A stretch of DNA of 64,000 nucleotides, from positions 5,725 through 69,724 of the forward strand of contig JAGCWD010000083.1 of the NCBI GenBank assembly GCA_017962025.1, written 5' to 3'. The stretch's first letter is position 1. Each line of letters begins with the position of its first letter. Below are positions 1 through 15,677 of this stretch, piece by piece. The position numbers were made by a program, and so were the translations under genes. Under the pieces are notes generated by a model. It searched no databases. It saw only the letters and a program-made list of their open reading frames with translations, and was not told the origin of the DNA. The stretch is from Bacteroidales bacterium. GTDB lineage: Bacteria; Bacteroidota; Bacteroidia; Bacteroidales; UBA932.

Positions 1-122
1 GCGATGCTGCGCTGGGCGAATTCGCAAAAGCAAGGAACCATTGGTTTGTCGGACCTTACTGCCTTGTCAGGGTGGAACCGGATAATACTGAAATAGATAC
101 AAACAATATAAACGAACTTTAA
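1..122 (+). CDS. Possible 3' end of an upstream CDS (partial, product unknown)
   Basis: Frame 3 is open from the window edge (DAALGEFAKARNHWFVGPYCLVRVEPDNTEIDTNNINEL) to TAA at 120-122, 10 nt before the glnA ATG. Confidence 0.35.
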   Translation, partial: DAALGEFAKARNHWFVGPYCLVRVEPDNTEIDTNNINEL

Positions 123-132
123 TCAGGTAATT

Positions 133-5656
<5,524 letters not shown>

Positions 5657-5673
<17 letters not shown>

Positions 5674-6985
5674 GCCGGCAGATCAGTGTGGCGGATGTGC
5701 AGGATTCGACGGTGACATAGACATAGTCACCGGCCTTGTGTACCTTGTCCGGGAAGACGCACATCTTGTTGCTGCCTGTCCGGCCGCAGAGTTCTTCAGG
5801 ATTTTTCTTAGAGGGACCTTCGACAAGTACGGTATATGTTTTTCCGATTTCGGCGAGGTTGCTCTTCAGGCTGAGTTCGTTCTGAAGGGAGATTATCTCA
5901 TTCAGCCTTCTGGTCTTGACTTCCTGGGGAACGTCGTCAGGATATTTCCGTGCGGCCAGGGTTCCGGGACGCTCTGAATAGTTGAACATGAAAGCGTAGT
6001 CAAATCCCACTTCCCTGAACAGGGAGAGTGTGTCCTGATGGTCCTCTTCAGTCTCGGAGCAGAATCCGGCGATTACGTCTGTGGTGATTCCGCAGCCTGG
6101 AAGGATTTCACGGATCTTGCGAACCCTCTCCAGGTACCATTCGCGGGTGTAGCGGCGCCTCATCTTTTCCAGGAGACGATCGCTTCCGGACTGGACCGGC
6201 AGATGGATATGCTTGCAGATGTTTTCATGTCGGGCCATGGCCTCGATAAGCTCGTCGCTGATGTCCTTCGGGTGGTTCGTAGCGAAGCGCACTCTCAGTT
6301 CCGGACTGATTTCCGCCACCGATTCGAGCAGCTGGGCGAAATTGACTGTCCTTGCATCGCATTTCCAGAGATAGGAATCTACGTTCTGTCCCAGCAGTGT
6401 GACTTCCTTGTAGCCGCGGCTGAACACATCCCTTGCCTCAGCAAGGATGGTTTCGGGATCCCTGCTACGCTCGGCACCACGGGTATAGGGCACAACACAG
6501 TAGGAACAGACAGTGTTGCAACCCCTCATTATGGAGATGAAAGCCGAGACCCCGTTCTTGTCCGTCCTGACCGGCACGATGTCGGCATAGGTTTCCTCGT
6601 GGGAAAGGAGAACGTTTATCTGAGGCTTTTCAGGGGCTATGTTCCTTATCAGTTCAGGAATTGTCCTGTACGAATCCGGACCGGCCACCAGGTCAACCTT
6701 CCCGGTTTCAGTGAGTTTGTCCTTGAGCCTTTCGGCCATACATCCGACTATTCCGACCACCACTTCCGGCCTTCTCTCCTTCTGCTTGTGGAAGAGTTCG
6801 ATTCGCCCCCAGATCCTCTGTTCGGCGTTGTCCCGGACAGAACAGGTGTTGGCCAGGATAACGTCGGCCTCATCCATCGACTCGGTACGCTTGTAACCTT
6901 CCTTGGCCATGATTGCGAATATCACTTCAGAATCTACCACGTTCATCTGGCAGCCGTAGGTCTCGATATAGATCTTTCTTTCCAT
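5657..6985 (-). CDS. miaB: tRNA i6A37 methylthiotransferase MiaB
   Basis: IYIETYGCQMN, NTCSVR, radical SAM CxxxCxxC (GCNTVCSYCVVP), C-terminal TRAM domain; start placed at ATG 6985 downstream of a TATCTTTG box. Confidence 0.96.
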
Positions 6986-7006
6986 CCTGGTACACTTGTT
7001 GTCGGA

Positions 7007-7051
7007 CAAAGATAGGATTTTTCAACGAATAAGTATTTTTTCATATCTTTG
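7007..7051. promoter_or_regulatory. Divergent Bacteroidetes -7 promoter boxes (miaB / 7077 operon)
   Basis: CAAAGATA at 7007-7014 (TATCTTTG on minus strand) and TATCTTTG at 7044-7051. Confidence 0.7.
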
Positions 7052-7076
7052 TAGAATAAGGTAATATTTTGCCGCG

Positions 7077-7559
7077 ATGAAATTGGCGAGGAACATATTT
7101 TTATTTTTGGTGGCAGTCTTGTCCTTCATTTCAATTGAAGGTTGCGAGGGCGTTTCAAAGATAAAGGACATCAAGGTAACCTCTTGTGGAGTTGAGAATT
7201 ATTCGCTCAAGGGGCTGCGTTCGCTTGATGCCGTCCTTGCCATCGGGATAGACAATCCCGCCATGGCCTTCACGGTCACAGGATTGAGCGGCATCCTTAA
7301 ATACATGGGAGAGGACGTGGCTTTCTACACTGCCGACACGGTTCATGTGGACAAGCAGAGCAGCAAGGTTTATGAACTCCCGTGCAGTGCCACCCTGTCG
7401 GAGAATATAAGTCTCATGCAGGCCCTTCAGTTTGCCAGGAAAGGGTCTCTGGAAGGCTTCACCACTGACATCGAGGCGAAGGTTAAACTTAGGAATGGTG
7501 CAGGGAAGACCTTGAAATTCAAGGACCTGGACCTTCAGGAAATGGCTGAGAGACAATGA
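7077..7559 (+). CDS. Hypothetical lipoprotein, LEA-2/WHy-like
   Basis: Signal peptide ending IEGC; beta-strand pattern IGIDNPAMAFTV resembles LEA_2 proteins. Confidence 0.6.
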   Translation: MKLARNIFLFLVAVLSFISIEGCEGVSKIKDIKVTSCGVENYSLKGLRSLDAVLAIGIDNPAMAFTVTGLSGILKYMGEDVAFYTADTVHVDKQSSKVYELPCSATLSENISLMQALQFARKGSLEGFTTDIEAKVKLRNGAGKTLKFKDLDLQEMAERQ

Positions 7560-8062
7560 GAAGGATAATCGCTACAGCATTTGTGGCATGCCTTATGGTT
7601 TTTTCCATGGCTGCCCAGACCGAATCCTCCCCGGGCGGTGGCCCGGCGCTCGATTCCACCCTCGTGGGGAAGAACATATTCAGCATCCTGCCTTCTAAGG
7701 ACAAGGGTGCAAAGGCTGACATCACTGTTCATCAGTCGCAGGACATACTGAAAGCTCTGAACAACCAGATTGCCTCCAACTCTTCCAGGAAGATGTCAGG
7801 CTATCGGGTCAGGATATTCAATGACAACAAGCAGACTTCCCGCGGTGCTTCCGAGGCGGCGATGAACCGCTTCAAGGGTATGTATCCGGGAATAACCGCC
7901 TACAGGACATATTCCAATCCCTTCTTCAAAGTGACGGTGGGGGACTTCCGCACCAAATCGGAAGCCATGCAGCTCCTCCAGCAGATAAAGGGCTCCTTCC
8001 CGTCCGCCTTTATTGTGAAGGAATCCTCAATCAACTATCCCCCGGTGGGGTCAATCTATTAG
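7556..8062 (+). CDS. SPOR domain protein
   Basis: Signal peptide; GYRVRIF...FKVTVGDFRTKSEA...FPSAFIV SPOR signature. Confidence 0.88.
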   Translation: MRRIIATAFVACLMVFSMAAQTESSPGGGPALDSTLVGKNIFSILPSKDKGAKADITVHQSQDILKALNNQIASNSSRKMSGYRVRIFNDNKQTSRGASEAAMNRFKGMYPGITAYRTYSNPFFKVTVGDFRTKSEAMQLLQQIKGSFPSAFIVKESSINYPPVGSIY

Positions 8063-8066
8063 GAAT

Positions 8067-9479
8067 ATGCTGAAGCAAGGTCTCGAACTAAAACAGACAC
8101 AGAAGCTTTCACCTCTCCAGATCCAGACTATCAAGCTGATAGAGCTGCCTATACAGGAGCTCGAGCAGCGTGTCAAGGCAGAGTTGGAGGAGAATCCCGT
8201 GCTCGACGATTCTCCCGCTCCGGACAAGGAAGACAGAGACGATGAGCCTAAGGATGTCTCCATAGACGAGATCGATGAGAATGATCCCATTCCTTCGTAC
8301 AAGCTTCGGGTCAATAATTACGGCAAGGACGAACGCCCGCAGTACAACACATTCTCGGTGAAGGAAAGTTTCACACAGAGCCTTATGGAGCAGCTGGGCT
8401 ACCGTAACCTCTCCAAGCACGACCATGATGTGGCAGCTTTCATCATCGGCAGCCTTGACGAAGACGGCTATCTCAGGAGGGATGTCGAGAGCATAGTTGA
8501 CGACCTGGCATTCAGGGCTAACATCCAGTCCGATCCGGAAGAGGTACTCAGGATCCTTAAGATCATCCAGGAGTTCGAGCCGGTGGGAGTTGGTGCCCGT
8601 GACCTAAGGGAGTGCCTCATTCTCCAGCTTCACTCCCAGAAGCAGACAAGGGAGGTGCAGCTTGCTGAGACAGTCCTGACCGACTATTTCCAGGAGTTCT
8701 CAAACAAGCATTTCCAGAAGATCATTACAAAACTCGGACTCAGCGAGGACGACATGAAGGCAGTGATCTCCAGGATCGTAAAGCTCAATCCCGCTCCTGG
8801 TGGACAGATCGATGACTCATACAACGACCAGGCACAACAGATAGTCCCTGACTTCGTGCTCGACATTGAAGACGGAGACCTTAAACTTACTATGCCACGG
8901 TTTTCCATACCTGAGATAAGGGTCAACCGGAAATACGCCGAACTCCTTGCCGATGCACAGGGATCGACTGACAGGCAGCAGAAAGAAGCGGCCACATTCG
9001 TAAAGCAGAAACTGGATTCCGCCAAATGGTTCGTGGAGGCCCTCAAACAGCGCCACAACACTCTGGAGAGTACCATGAAGGCAATCCTGGACTACCAGCA
9101 TGAGTATTTCCTTGATGGGGATGAATCCCATCTGCGTCCCATGGTTCTGAAGGACATTGCGGAGGTGACAGGCTTTGACATCTCGACTATCTCCAGAGTA
9201 GTCAACAGCAAGTACATAGAGACTCATTTCGGAATCTTCCCCCTTAAGTATTTCTTCTCGGAAGGCCTTGAGAACCAAGAGGGTGAAGAAGTTTCCACCA
9301 GGGAACTCAAGATGGCCCTGAGGGAATGTGTGGATTCTGAGGACAAGAGAAAACCCCTTACTGACGACCAGCTGGTTGCCGAAATGAACAAGAGAGGTTA
9401 CAAGGTCGCACGCCGTACCATTGCCAAGTACCGCGACCAGCTGGATATTCCTAAGGCAAGACTACGTAAGGAATTATAG
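8067..9479 (+). CDS. rpoN: RNA polymerase sigma-54 factor
   Basis: Gln/Leu-rich N-terminus, PVGVGARDLRECL, HTH DISTISRV, RpoN box ARRTIAKYR. Confidence 0.98.
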   Translation: MLKQGLELKQTQKLSPLQIQTIKLIELPIQELEQRVKAELEENPVLDDSPAPDKEDRDDEPKDVSIDEIDENDPIPSYKLRVNNYGKDERPQYNTFSVKESFTQSLMEQLGYRNLSKHDHDVAAFIIGSLDEDGYLRRDVESIVDDLAFRANIQSDPEEVLRILKIIQEFEPVGVGARDLRECLILQLHSQKQTREVQLAETVLTDYFQEFSNKHFQKIITKLGLSEDDMKAVISRIVKLNPAPGGQIDDSYNDQAQQIVPDFVLDIEDGDLKLTMPRFSIPEIRVNRKYAELLADAQGSTDRQQKEAATFVKQKLDSAKWFVEALKQRHNTLESTMKAILDYQHEYFLDGDESHLRPMVLKDIAEVTGFDISTISRVVNSKYIETHFGIFPLKYFFSEGLENQEGEEVSTRELKMALRECVDSEDKRKPLTDDQLVAEMNKRGYKVARRTIAKYRDQLDIPKARLRKEL

Positions 9480-10133
9480 GTTCAACTTGGCGCCGAAAGC
9501 CAGGTCACCCGCGTCCCCAAGACCCGGGATGATGAAGGATTTGCTTGTCAGTTCCTCATCCACGGCAGCTGTCCACAGGCAGGTGTTCTCAGGGAGTCTC
9601 TTCTGAAGATACTCTATGGCGTAGATGCTGGAAATGGGGCTGATGAAATGGGTATGAATCGGGTCTCCACCTTCGTCCACCAGCTTGTTGTAAGCTATTT
9701 CCATAGATGCCCCGGTTGCGATCATGGTGTCGGAGACGATCAGGATCTTGCCATTGAGGTTCGGGCAGGAACAGTACTCTATCGCGATGTGGAAGTCATC
9801 TCCCTTGTCATATTTCCTGAAGGCGGCGATGAATGCACTTTCAGCATTGTCGAAAATGTCCAGAATGCCTTTGTGGATAGGAAGACCGGCCCTGAGGATG
9901 GTCGCTGCAACGATCTTGGAATCGCAGGTGCAGACGTTGGCTGTGGCCAGCGGAGTCGAGATTTCCCTCGGTGAATACTCCAGCACCTTGCTGAGTTCGT
10001 AAGCGAAAATCTGACCGAGCCTTTCGAGGTTGAAACGGAAACGAAGGCAGTCTTTCTGGATTTTCCTGTCGCGGACCTGCGCGATGATGTTGTTGAGGGC
10101 CGAGTTGGTCTCGCCTAGATTGATGACTTTCAT
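9474..10133 (-). CDS. upp: Uracil phosphoribosyltransferase
   Basis: TILRAGL, DTMIATGAS PRPP motif, IIPGLGDAGD. Confidence 0.95.
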   Translation of the reverse strand: MKVINLGETNSALNNIIAQVRDRKIQKDCLRFRFNLERLGQIFAYELSKVLEYSPREISTPLATANVCTCDSKIVAATILRAGLPIHKGILDIFDNAESAFIAAFRKYDKGDDFHIAIEYCSCPNLNGKILIVSDTMIATGASMEIAYNKLVDEGGDPIHTHFISPISSIYAIEYLQKRLPENTCLWTAAVDEELTSKSFIIPGLGDAGDLAFGAKLNL

Positions 10134-10195
10134 TGGTTTTGTGAACTTATTCGCAAAACCAAAAGTAAAGATTTATTTCTACTCCTGCAAATTTT

Positions 10196-10894
10196 TCATG
10201 CCGGCCTGTCTGCGATGTACACCTTGTCGTCAGAGAAACTGAAAAAGCGGTCGTCACAGACGATGACATGGTCTATCAGGGAGATGTCGAAGGTCTCCAG
10301 GGCTTTCTTGATAACCATTGTCTGGGTAAGGTCTTCATGACCGGGCCGGGGATTTCCGGAGGGATGGTTATGTACCAGTATGACTCCGGTGGCATGCTTG
10401 TCCAAAGCCTTCTTTACCACAAGTTTCGAGTCCACAACCGTGCTGGAAATTCCTCCAGTGCTCAGCTTTTCCTTGTGTACCACATAGTTGGCCCTGTTAA
10501 GGAGGATAACCCAGAACTCTTCATGCTCGAGTCCTTTCAATAACGGAATCATCGTCCTGTAAGCTACCTTTGGGCTGCAGACAGGAACCCTATCGATACC
10601 AGGATCCTCGAGACAGCACCTTTTCCCGAGTTCCAAAGCAGCAGCGATGGATGAATACCGGACTTTGCCGATACCATCCATCGCCATCATCTTGCAAGGA
10701 TCCATCCCGGCTATGCCGGAGAGTTTCCCCTCGCTTGCCGCAAGCAGCCTGTTTGCTACCTCAAGCACATTTTCCTTCCTTGTGCCGGAGCCGATGAGGA
10801 TAGCCAGAAGTTCTGCATTGCTCATCGCTCCCGCCCCTTTGGAAAGCATCTTCTCGCGTGGACGCTCGTCCACGCACAAATCTTTGAGTTTCAT
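10196..10894 (-). CDS. radC: RadC family JAB-domain protein
   Basis: ERPREKM, ELLAILIGSG, HNHPSG, DHVIV. Confidence 0.95.
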   Translation of the reverse strand: MKLKDLCVDERPREKMLSKGAGAMSNAELLAILIGSGTRKENVLEVANRLLAASEGKLSGIAGMDPCKMMAMDGIGKVRYSSIAAALELGKRCCLEDPGIDRVPVCSPKVAYRTMIPLLKGLEHEEFWVILLNRANYVVHKEKLSTGGISSTVVDSKLVVKKALDKHATGVILVHNHPSGNPRPGHEDLTQTMVIKKALETFDISLIDHVIVCDDRFFSFSDDKVYIADRPA

Positions 10895-10917
10895 AGTTTA
10901 AGAAGTTTGTTTTGGAA

Positions 10918-11868
10918 TTATTTGCGCTCGATCACCCTGCGCGCGGCTTCCGCAATGTTGTCAGCATCTATTCCGTAGGCGGCTAGCAACTCGCCGGGAG
11001 TACCGCTCTGGCCGAAGGTGTCCTTGCCGTTGACATATTCTATCGGCTTGGGAGAAGTGGCCGCGAGAACGCCTGCGACAAGTTCGCCGAGTCCACCGGC
11101 CATGTTGTGCTCCTCCGCTACGACTACCGCTCCGGTCTTGATGGCCGATGCCAGGATAGTGGGGGTGTCAAGGGGCTTGATGGTGGCCACGTCGATGACT
11201 TCCGCGCAGATACCTTCTGTCTCGAGAACTTCGGCAGCCTTCAAGGCTTCCCACACCATGTGTCCGGTAGCTATTATGGATACATCCTTTCCTCCGTTGA
11301 GGACATAGGCCTTTCCAATCTCAAAGGGCTCGTCAGGCATGAAGTCTGCCACTTTCGGCCTTCCGAAGCGGAGATAGACCGGTCCGTTGTACTTTGCCGC
11401 GGCTATTGTGGCATTCTTGGTCTGGGTCCAGTCGCATGGATTGATGACCACCATGTCGGGAAGTGCTCTCATGAGGGCGATGTCTTCCATTGTCTGGTGG
11501 GTCGCACCATCCTCGCCGAGGGTTATTCCGGCATGGGAAGAAGCTATCTTCACGTTGGCCTTGCCGTAGCACACTTCCATCCTGACCTGGTCGTAAACAC
11601 GTCCTGTCACGAATTCGGCAAATGATCCGGCAAACGGAACAAGTCCGGTAATAGCCATTCCGGATGCAACTCCGATCATGTTCGCCTCTGCGATTCCGCA
11701 CTCGAAGTACCTGTCCGGGAATTCTGCCGCGAAGGCATCCATCTTTAGCGAACCTTTTAGGTCGGCAGTGAGGGCTACAACCCTGGGATCAGCCTTTCCT
11801 GCCAGATGAAGACCTTCTCCGAAACCGCTGCGGGTGTCTTTCTTTCCTCTGTCAATGTATTTTTTCAT
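10918..11868 (-). CDS. tktB: Transketolase, C-terminal (pyrimidine-binding) subunit
   Basis: GIAEANM, GEDGATHQ, YLRFGR, TIKPLD, EEH; start at ATG 11868. Confidence 0.93.
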   Translation of the reverse strand: MKKYIDRGKKDTRSGFGEGLHLAGKADPRVVALTADLKGSLKMDAFAAEFPDRYFECGIAEANMIGVASGMAITGLVPFAGSFAEFVTGRVYDQVRMEVCYGKANVKIASSHAGITLGEDGATHQTMEDIALMRALPDMVVINPCDWTQTKNATIAAAKYNGPVYLRFGRPKVADFMPDEPFEIGKAYVLNGGKDVSIIATGHMVWEALKAAEVLETEGICAEVIDVATIKPLDTPTILASAIKTGAVVVAEEHNMAGGLGELVAGVLAATSPKPIEYVNGKDTFGQSGTPGELLAAYGIDADNIAEAARRVIERK

Positions 11869-11881
11869 GATGCTGTCATTT

Positions 11882-12727
11882 TTAGAAATCTCCCAAAGTC
11901 TCTTCAAGCTGTTTCAAAGCGATGGCACACTGGTCCGCATTGGGCACACTTCCGTGCCATTTGTGGGTCCCTGCCATGAAATCGACACCATGGCCCATTT
12001 CAGTGCGGAAAAGGATCATCACCGGCTTGCCTTTGCCTTCCAGCCCCTTTGCGGTGCTGAAAGCCTTTAGGATGGCGTCCATGTCGTGACCGTCAGCGGA
12101 GATGGTCTCCCAGCCGAAGGCCTTCCATTTGGCATCGAGGTCTCCCAGTCCGGCGACCTCTTCAGTGGTACCGTCGATCTGCTGTCCGTTGACATCGGTC
12201 ATGGCGATGAGGTTGTCCACCTTGTGATGGGCGGCGAACATGGCTGCCTCCCAAATCTCTCCTTCTTCGGTTTCTCCGTCACCGCAAAGGCAGAAGACGG
12301 AGTGGTTGTCCTTGGCGGCCTTCTTTCCGAGAGCCATTCCGACTGCGACGGAGAGGCCCTGTCCGAGGGAACCTGCTGCCTGGAAGACACCGGGAAGGCC
12401 CTTCCTTACTGACGGATGTCCCTGAAGGCGGGTACCGAACTTGCGGAAACTGGCCAGCTCGCTGGTCGGGAAATATCCGGCCCTGGAAAGGATTGAATAA
12501 TACATGGGAGTAAGGTGGCCGGCGGAGAGGACGAACATGTCCTGGCCCTTGCCCTCGCGGGTCCAAGTGGCAGGGTCATGGTCCATTACTCCGAAATAGA
12601 GCGCCGTCATGAAGTCGGTGCTGCTCATCGATCCGCCCGGATGTCCGGACTTGGCCTCGACGACCATCCTGATGATGTCTCTTCTGACTTGAGAGGCAAT
12701 CTTCTTCAGATCTTCAGTTGATTGCAT
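11882..12727 (-). CDS. tktA: Transketolase, N-terminal (ThDP-binding) subunit
   Basis: SGHPGGS, FVLSAGH, LQGHP, GSLGQG, GDGE...EG.IWEA, WHG; start at ATG 12727. Confidence 0.93.
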   Translation of the reverse strand: MQSTEDLKKIASQVRRDIIRMVVEAKSGHPGGSMSSTDFMTALYFGVMDHDPATWTREGKGQDMFVLSAGHLTPMYYSILSRAGYFPTSELASFRKFGTRLQGHPSVRKGLPGVFQAAGSLGQGLSVAVGMALGKKAAKDNHSVFCLCGDGETEEGEIWEAAMFAAHHKVDNLIAMTDVNGQQIDGTTEEVAGLGDLDAKWKAFGWETISADGHDMDAILKAFSTAKGLEGKGKPVMILFRTEMGHGVDFMAGTHKWHGSVPNADQCAIALKQLEETLGDF

Positions 12728-12775
12728 TTGCTGTTTGATATTTTGAATTTGAATTATGCTTTTTGTATAAGCATA

Positions 12776-12818
12776 CAAATATAAACCTTTTTTATCTCAA
12801 GAGGAAATTTTAACTTTG
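12776..12818. promoter_or_regulatory. Divergent -7 boxes for transketolase and the E2-E3-E1 operon
   Basis: CAAATATA at 12776-12783 (TATATTTG on minus strand) and TAACTTTG at 12811-12818. Confidence 0.65.
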
Positions 12819-12856
12819 TATGATCTTTCAGAGGTTCAAAAATAATAGCATAATCG

Positions 12857-14260
12857 ATGGCACAAGTTGTTATAATGCCCAAACAGGGGCAGTCTGTTGA
12901 AAGTTGCATAGTCACTGAATTCAAGAAAAAACCTGGCGACAAAGTCGCAGTCGGAGACATCCTTTTCAGTTATGAAACTGACAAGGCTTCTTTCGATGAG
13001 GAATCAAAGTTCGAGGGCACCGTCCTGGCTTGCTTCTTCAATGACAACGATGAGATTCCGTGCCTGACAAACGTGATGGTTATCGGTGAGCCCGGCGAGT
13101 CTTTCGAGGAGTTCGCTCCGGGGAATTCTGCGTCTGGGGATAATGGTGGTGAGGCGGGGGAGACTATATCCCCTGAAACCACTGCCACCCTCGGCACGTT
13201 AAGAGGGGGGACCGGAATGGAACGAGGTGGAGTGAGCGGTGGGGTCGAGCGAAGCGAGACGGTTTCAGGGGGTATAGTCTCCTCCGTCTTTTCTTCCGCC
13301 GTATCACCACGTGCTAGGCGTCTCGCGGCAGAGAAGGGAGTCGATGCTTCCCATATTGCCGGAAGCGGTCCCGGCGGCCGTGTCATCGAGAGGGATGTGC
13401 TCGCAGCCGCAACCGTCCCGATGTCCGGTCTGGCAAAAGCCATGATGAAGGAAGGCAATCTCCAGGCTCCTGCATTCGGTACCGGCATCGGTGGAATGGT
13501 CAGGGGTTCAGACCTCAAGACATGGAAACCTTCCCACTCGGAGATCCCCGGAGAAGGGACGGATTTCACCGTCGAGAAGATGTCCAACATGCGCAAGCTG
13601 ATTGCCAAGAGCATGTACAATTCCCTCCAGAACTCAGCCCAGCTAACCCACATGCTCGGAGCCGATGCCAGGAAGGTCCAGGCTCTTCGCAAGAAGGCAA
13701 AGAAGGCCCTCGAGGAAGGAAAGATCGATGCTAACGTTACCATCAACGATTTCGTCTGCTTTGCTGTCATAAAGGCCCTCCAGAAGTTTCCAAAGGTCAA
13801 TTCCCACTGCCTCGGTGATTCAATGAGGTTATTCAAGACAGTCAACCTGGGTTGTGCGGTTGATACGGAGCGCGGCCTCATGGTCCCGTGCATCAAGCAC
13901 GCTGAGGAACTTGACATCATAGCTCTCAGCAAAGCCCTCAAGCAGGTGGCCGATGACTGCCGTAAAGGCAGCATCAATCCCGACCTTCTCTCTTCGGAGG
14001 CTGCTTCCTTCACTGTCTCCAACCTCGGCGGTTTCGGGGTTGAGTGGTTCACTCCTGTGATCAACCTGCCTCAGAGCTGTATTCTCGGAGTGGGTACCAT
14101 AGTGCCGCGTCCGAAGGCTCTCGGCGGCGGTGAGTATGAGTTCGTCCCTTACCTCGGCCTGTCGCTCACTTATGACCACAGGGCGCTGGACGGTGGAGAG
14201 GCTACCCGCTTCCTCAAGCAGGTTGCAACTGAGATAGAGAATCTCGAGATTGATTTTTAG
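12857..14260 (+). CDS. Dihydrolipoamide acyltransferase E2 of a 2-oxoacid/acetoin dehydrogenase-like complex
   Basis: Lipoyl domain YETDKA, E3-binding SPRARRLA...GSGPGGRV, catalytic FTVSNLG and DHRALDG; linker contains a repeat element. Confidence 0.95.
   Translation: MAQVVIMPKQGQSVESCIVTEFKKKPGDKVAVGDILFSYETDKASFDEESKFEGTVLACFFNDNDEIPCLTNVMVIGEPGESFEEFAPGNSASGDNGGEAGETISPETTATLGTLRGGTGMERGGVSGGVERSETVSGGIVSSVFSSAVSPRARRLAAEKGVDASHIAGSGPGGRVIERDVLAAATVPMSGLAKAMMKEGNLQAPAFGTGIGGMVRGSDLKTWKPSHSEIPGEGTDFTVEKMSNMRKLIAKSMYNSLQNSAQLTHMLGADARKVQALRKKAKKALEEGKIDANVTINDFVCFAVIKALQKFPKVNSHCLGDSMRLFKTVNLGCAVDTERGLMVPCIKHAEELDIIALSKALKQVADDCRKGSINPDLLSSEAASFTVSNLGGFGVEWFTPVINLPQSCILGVGTIVPRPKALGGGEYEFVPYLGLSLTYDHRALDGGEATRFLKQVATEIENLEIDF
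13151..13290 (+). repeat. Structured palindromic repeat, copy A (in frame within E2)
   Basis: 30-bp terminal stem (13151-13180 / 13261-13290; 26 Watson-Crick plus 4 G-T pairs) around a core shared with 18198-18275. Confidence 0.9.
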
Positions 14261-14284
14261 TCCAAGGATATTAATTACTTCAAT

Positions 14285-15664
14285 ATGTACGATTTAGCGA
14301 TTATCGGCGGCGGTCCCGGTGGTTATGTGGCCGCAGAAAGGGCCGGAGCAGCCGGCCTCAAGGTCGTTCTTTTCGAAAGGAAGTCGCTCGGCGGAGTCTG
14401 CCTCAATGAAGGCTGCATCCCTACCAAGACCATTCTTTACAGCGCCAAGGTTTACAACTATGCCAAGACCGGCGACCATTATGGTGTCTATGTCAGCGAT
14501 CCCACATTCAAGTATGACGAGATCGTTGCCAGGAAGAACAAGGTTGTGAAGAAACTGGTCGGAGGAGTCCGGGTGGCCATGAAGGGAAACGGAGTCGAAG
14601 TCGTCGCAGAGAATGCCACTATCCAGGGTCGTGATGCCGAAGGAATCAAGGTCGAGGCTGCCGGCAACGTCTATGCTGCAAAGAACCTCCTGATCTGTAC
14701 CGGTTCTGAAGCTGCTGTTCCACCGTTCCCTGGCCTAAAGGAAGCCGGTGACGTCATCGTGACGAACCGCGAAATCCTGGCCATGACCGAAAGGCCAGAA
14801 GAGCTTGTCGTAATCGGTGGCGGAGTTATCGGAATGGAGTTTGCCGCTTTCTTCAGCACCCTTGGAACGAAGGTCACAGTGGTCGAGATGCTTCCCAAGA
14901 TTCTCGGACCCCTCGATGATGAGATCAGCGAGATGCTGCAGAAGCAGTATGAGAAGAGGGGAGTCGAGTTCTGCCTTCGCTGCAAGGTCACCGGAATCGA
15001 GGGCAATACCGTAGTTTATGAGGATCCGGAAGGTAAGGTCTGCCGCGTCAGCGGAGACAAGATCCTTGTGAGCGTGGGCCGCAGGGCCAGCCTCCAGGGC
15101 TTCGGTCTTGAGAACATCGGAGTCGAACTCGCTCTCAATCCCGCCGGACGTCCCTACGGCATCAAGGTCGACGAGAGGATGCGCACCAATGTCCCGGGAG
15201 TCTATGCTGCCGGAGACGTAACCGGTTTTTCAATGCTGGCCCACACCGCTTCACGAGAGGGCGAGGTTGCAGTAAACAATATCCTCGGAAAGGATGACAG
15301 GATGCGTTACAACGCCATCCCCGGTGTTGTCTATACCAATCCTGAGGTCGCAGGAGCCGGGATTACCGAGGCAGAAGCCAAGGCAAAGGGCATCGACTAC
15401 AAGGTCGTCAAGCTCCCTATGGCATATTCAGGTCGTTTTGTGGCCGAGAACGAGAGGGGAGAGGGAATCTGCAAGATCATAGTGGGCGCCGCCCATCATG
15501 AGGTCCTGGGAGTCCACATGCTTGGCAACCCCTGCTCCGAGATCATCCACAGCGCATGCCTGGCAATTGAGACAGAGATGACCCTGGAGCAGCTCCAGGA
15601 AGTCGTTTTCCCTCACCCTACAGTGTCAGAAATCATCAAGGAAACAGCATTTACAATCAAATAA
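14285..15664 (+). CDS. lpdA: Dihydrolipoamide dehydrogenase E3
   Basis: GGGPGGY, GGVCLNEGCIPTK redox disulfide, GGGVIG, HPTVSE. Confidence 0.97.
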   Translation: MYDLAIIGGGPGGYVAAERAGAAGLKVVLFERKSLGGVCLNEGCIPTKTILYSAKVYNYAKTGDHYGVYVSDPTFKYDEIVARKNKVVKKLVGGVRVAMKGNGVEVVAENATIQGRDAEGIKVEAAGNVYAAKNLLICTGSEAAVPPFPGLKEAGDVIVTNREILAMTERPEELVVIGGGVIGMEFAAFFSTLGTKVTVVEMLPKILGPLDDEISEMLQKQYEKRGVEFCLRCKVTGIEGNTVVYEDPEGKVCRVSGDKILVSVGRRASLQGFGLENIGVELALNPAGRPYGIKVDERMRTNVPGVYAAGDVTGFSMLAHTASREGEVAVNNILGKDDRMRYNAIPGVVYTNPEVAGAGITEAEAKAKGIDYKVVKLPMAYSGRFVAENERGEGICKIIVGAAHHEVLGVHMLGNPCSEIIHSACLAIETEMTLEQLQEVVFPHPTVSEIIKETAFTIK

Positions 15665-15677
15665 AAAGGAATTGACC

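Noticed and set aside
7622-7656. Small GC-rich hairpin in the SPOR gene (CCGGGC-GGTG-GCCCGG)
   Set aside because: Single short occurrence with no similarity to the repeat core; could be chance
10196-10894. radC as a marker of a mobile element
   Set aside because: Full-length chromosomal-type RadC among housekeeping genes with no mobility genes nearby
10918-12727. Split transketolase as a dedicated part of the novel pathway
   Set aside because: The split form is the ordinary Bacteroidales transketolase, so adjacency is only suggestive
13151-13290. Repeat as an integron attC site, CRISPR repeat or IS end
   Set aside because: No cassette array, spacers, integrase or transposase; termini are not conserved between copies; no clean RYYYAAC/GTTRRRY pair
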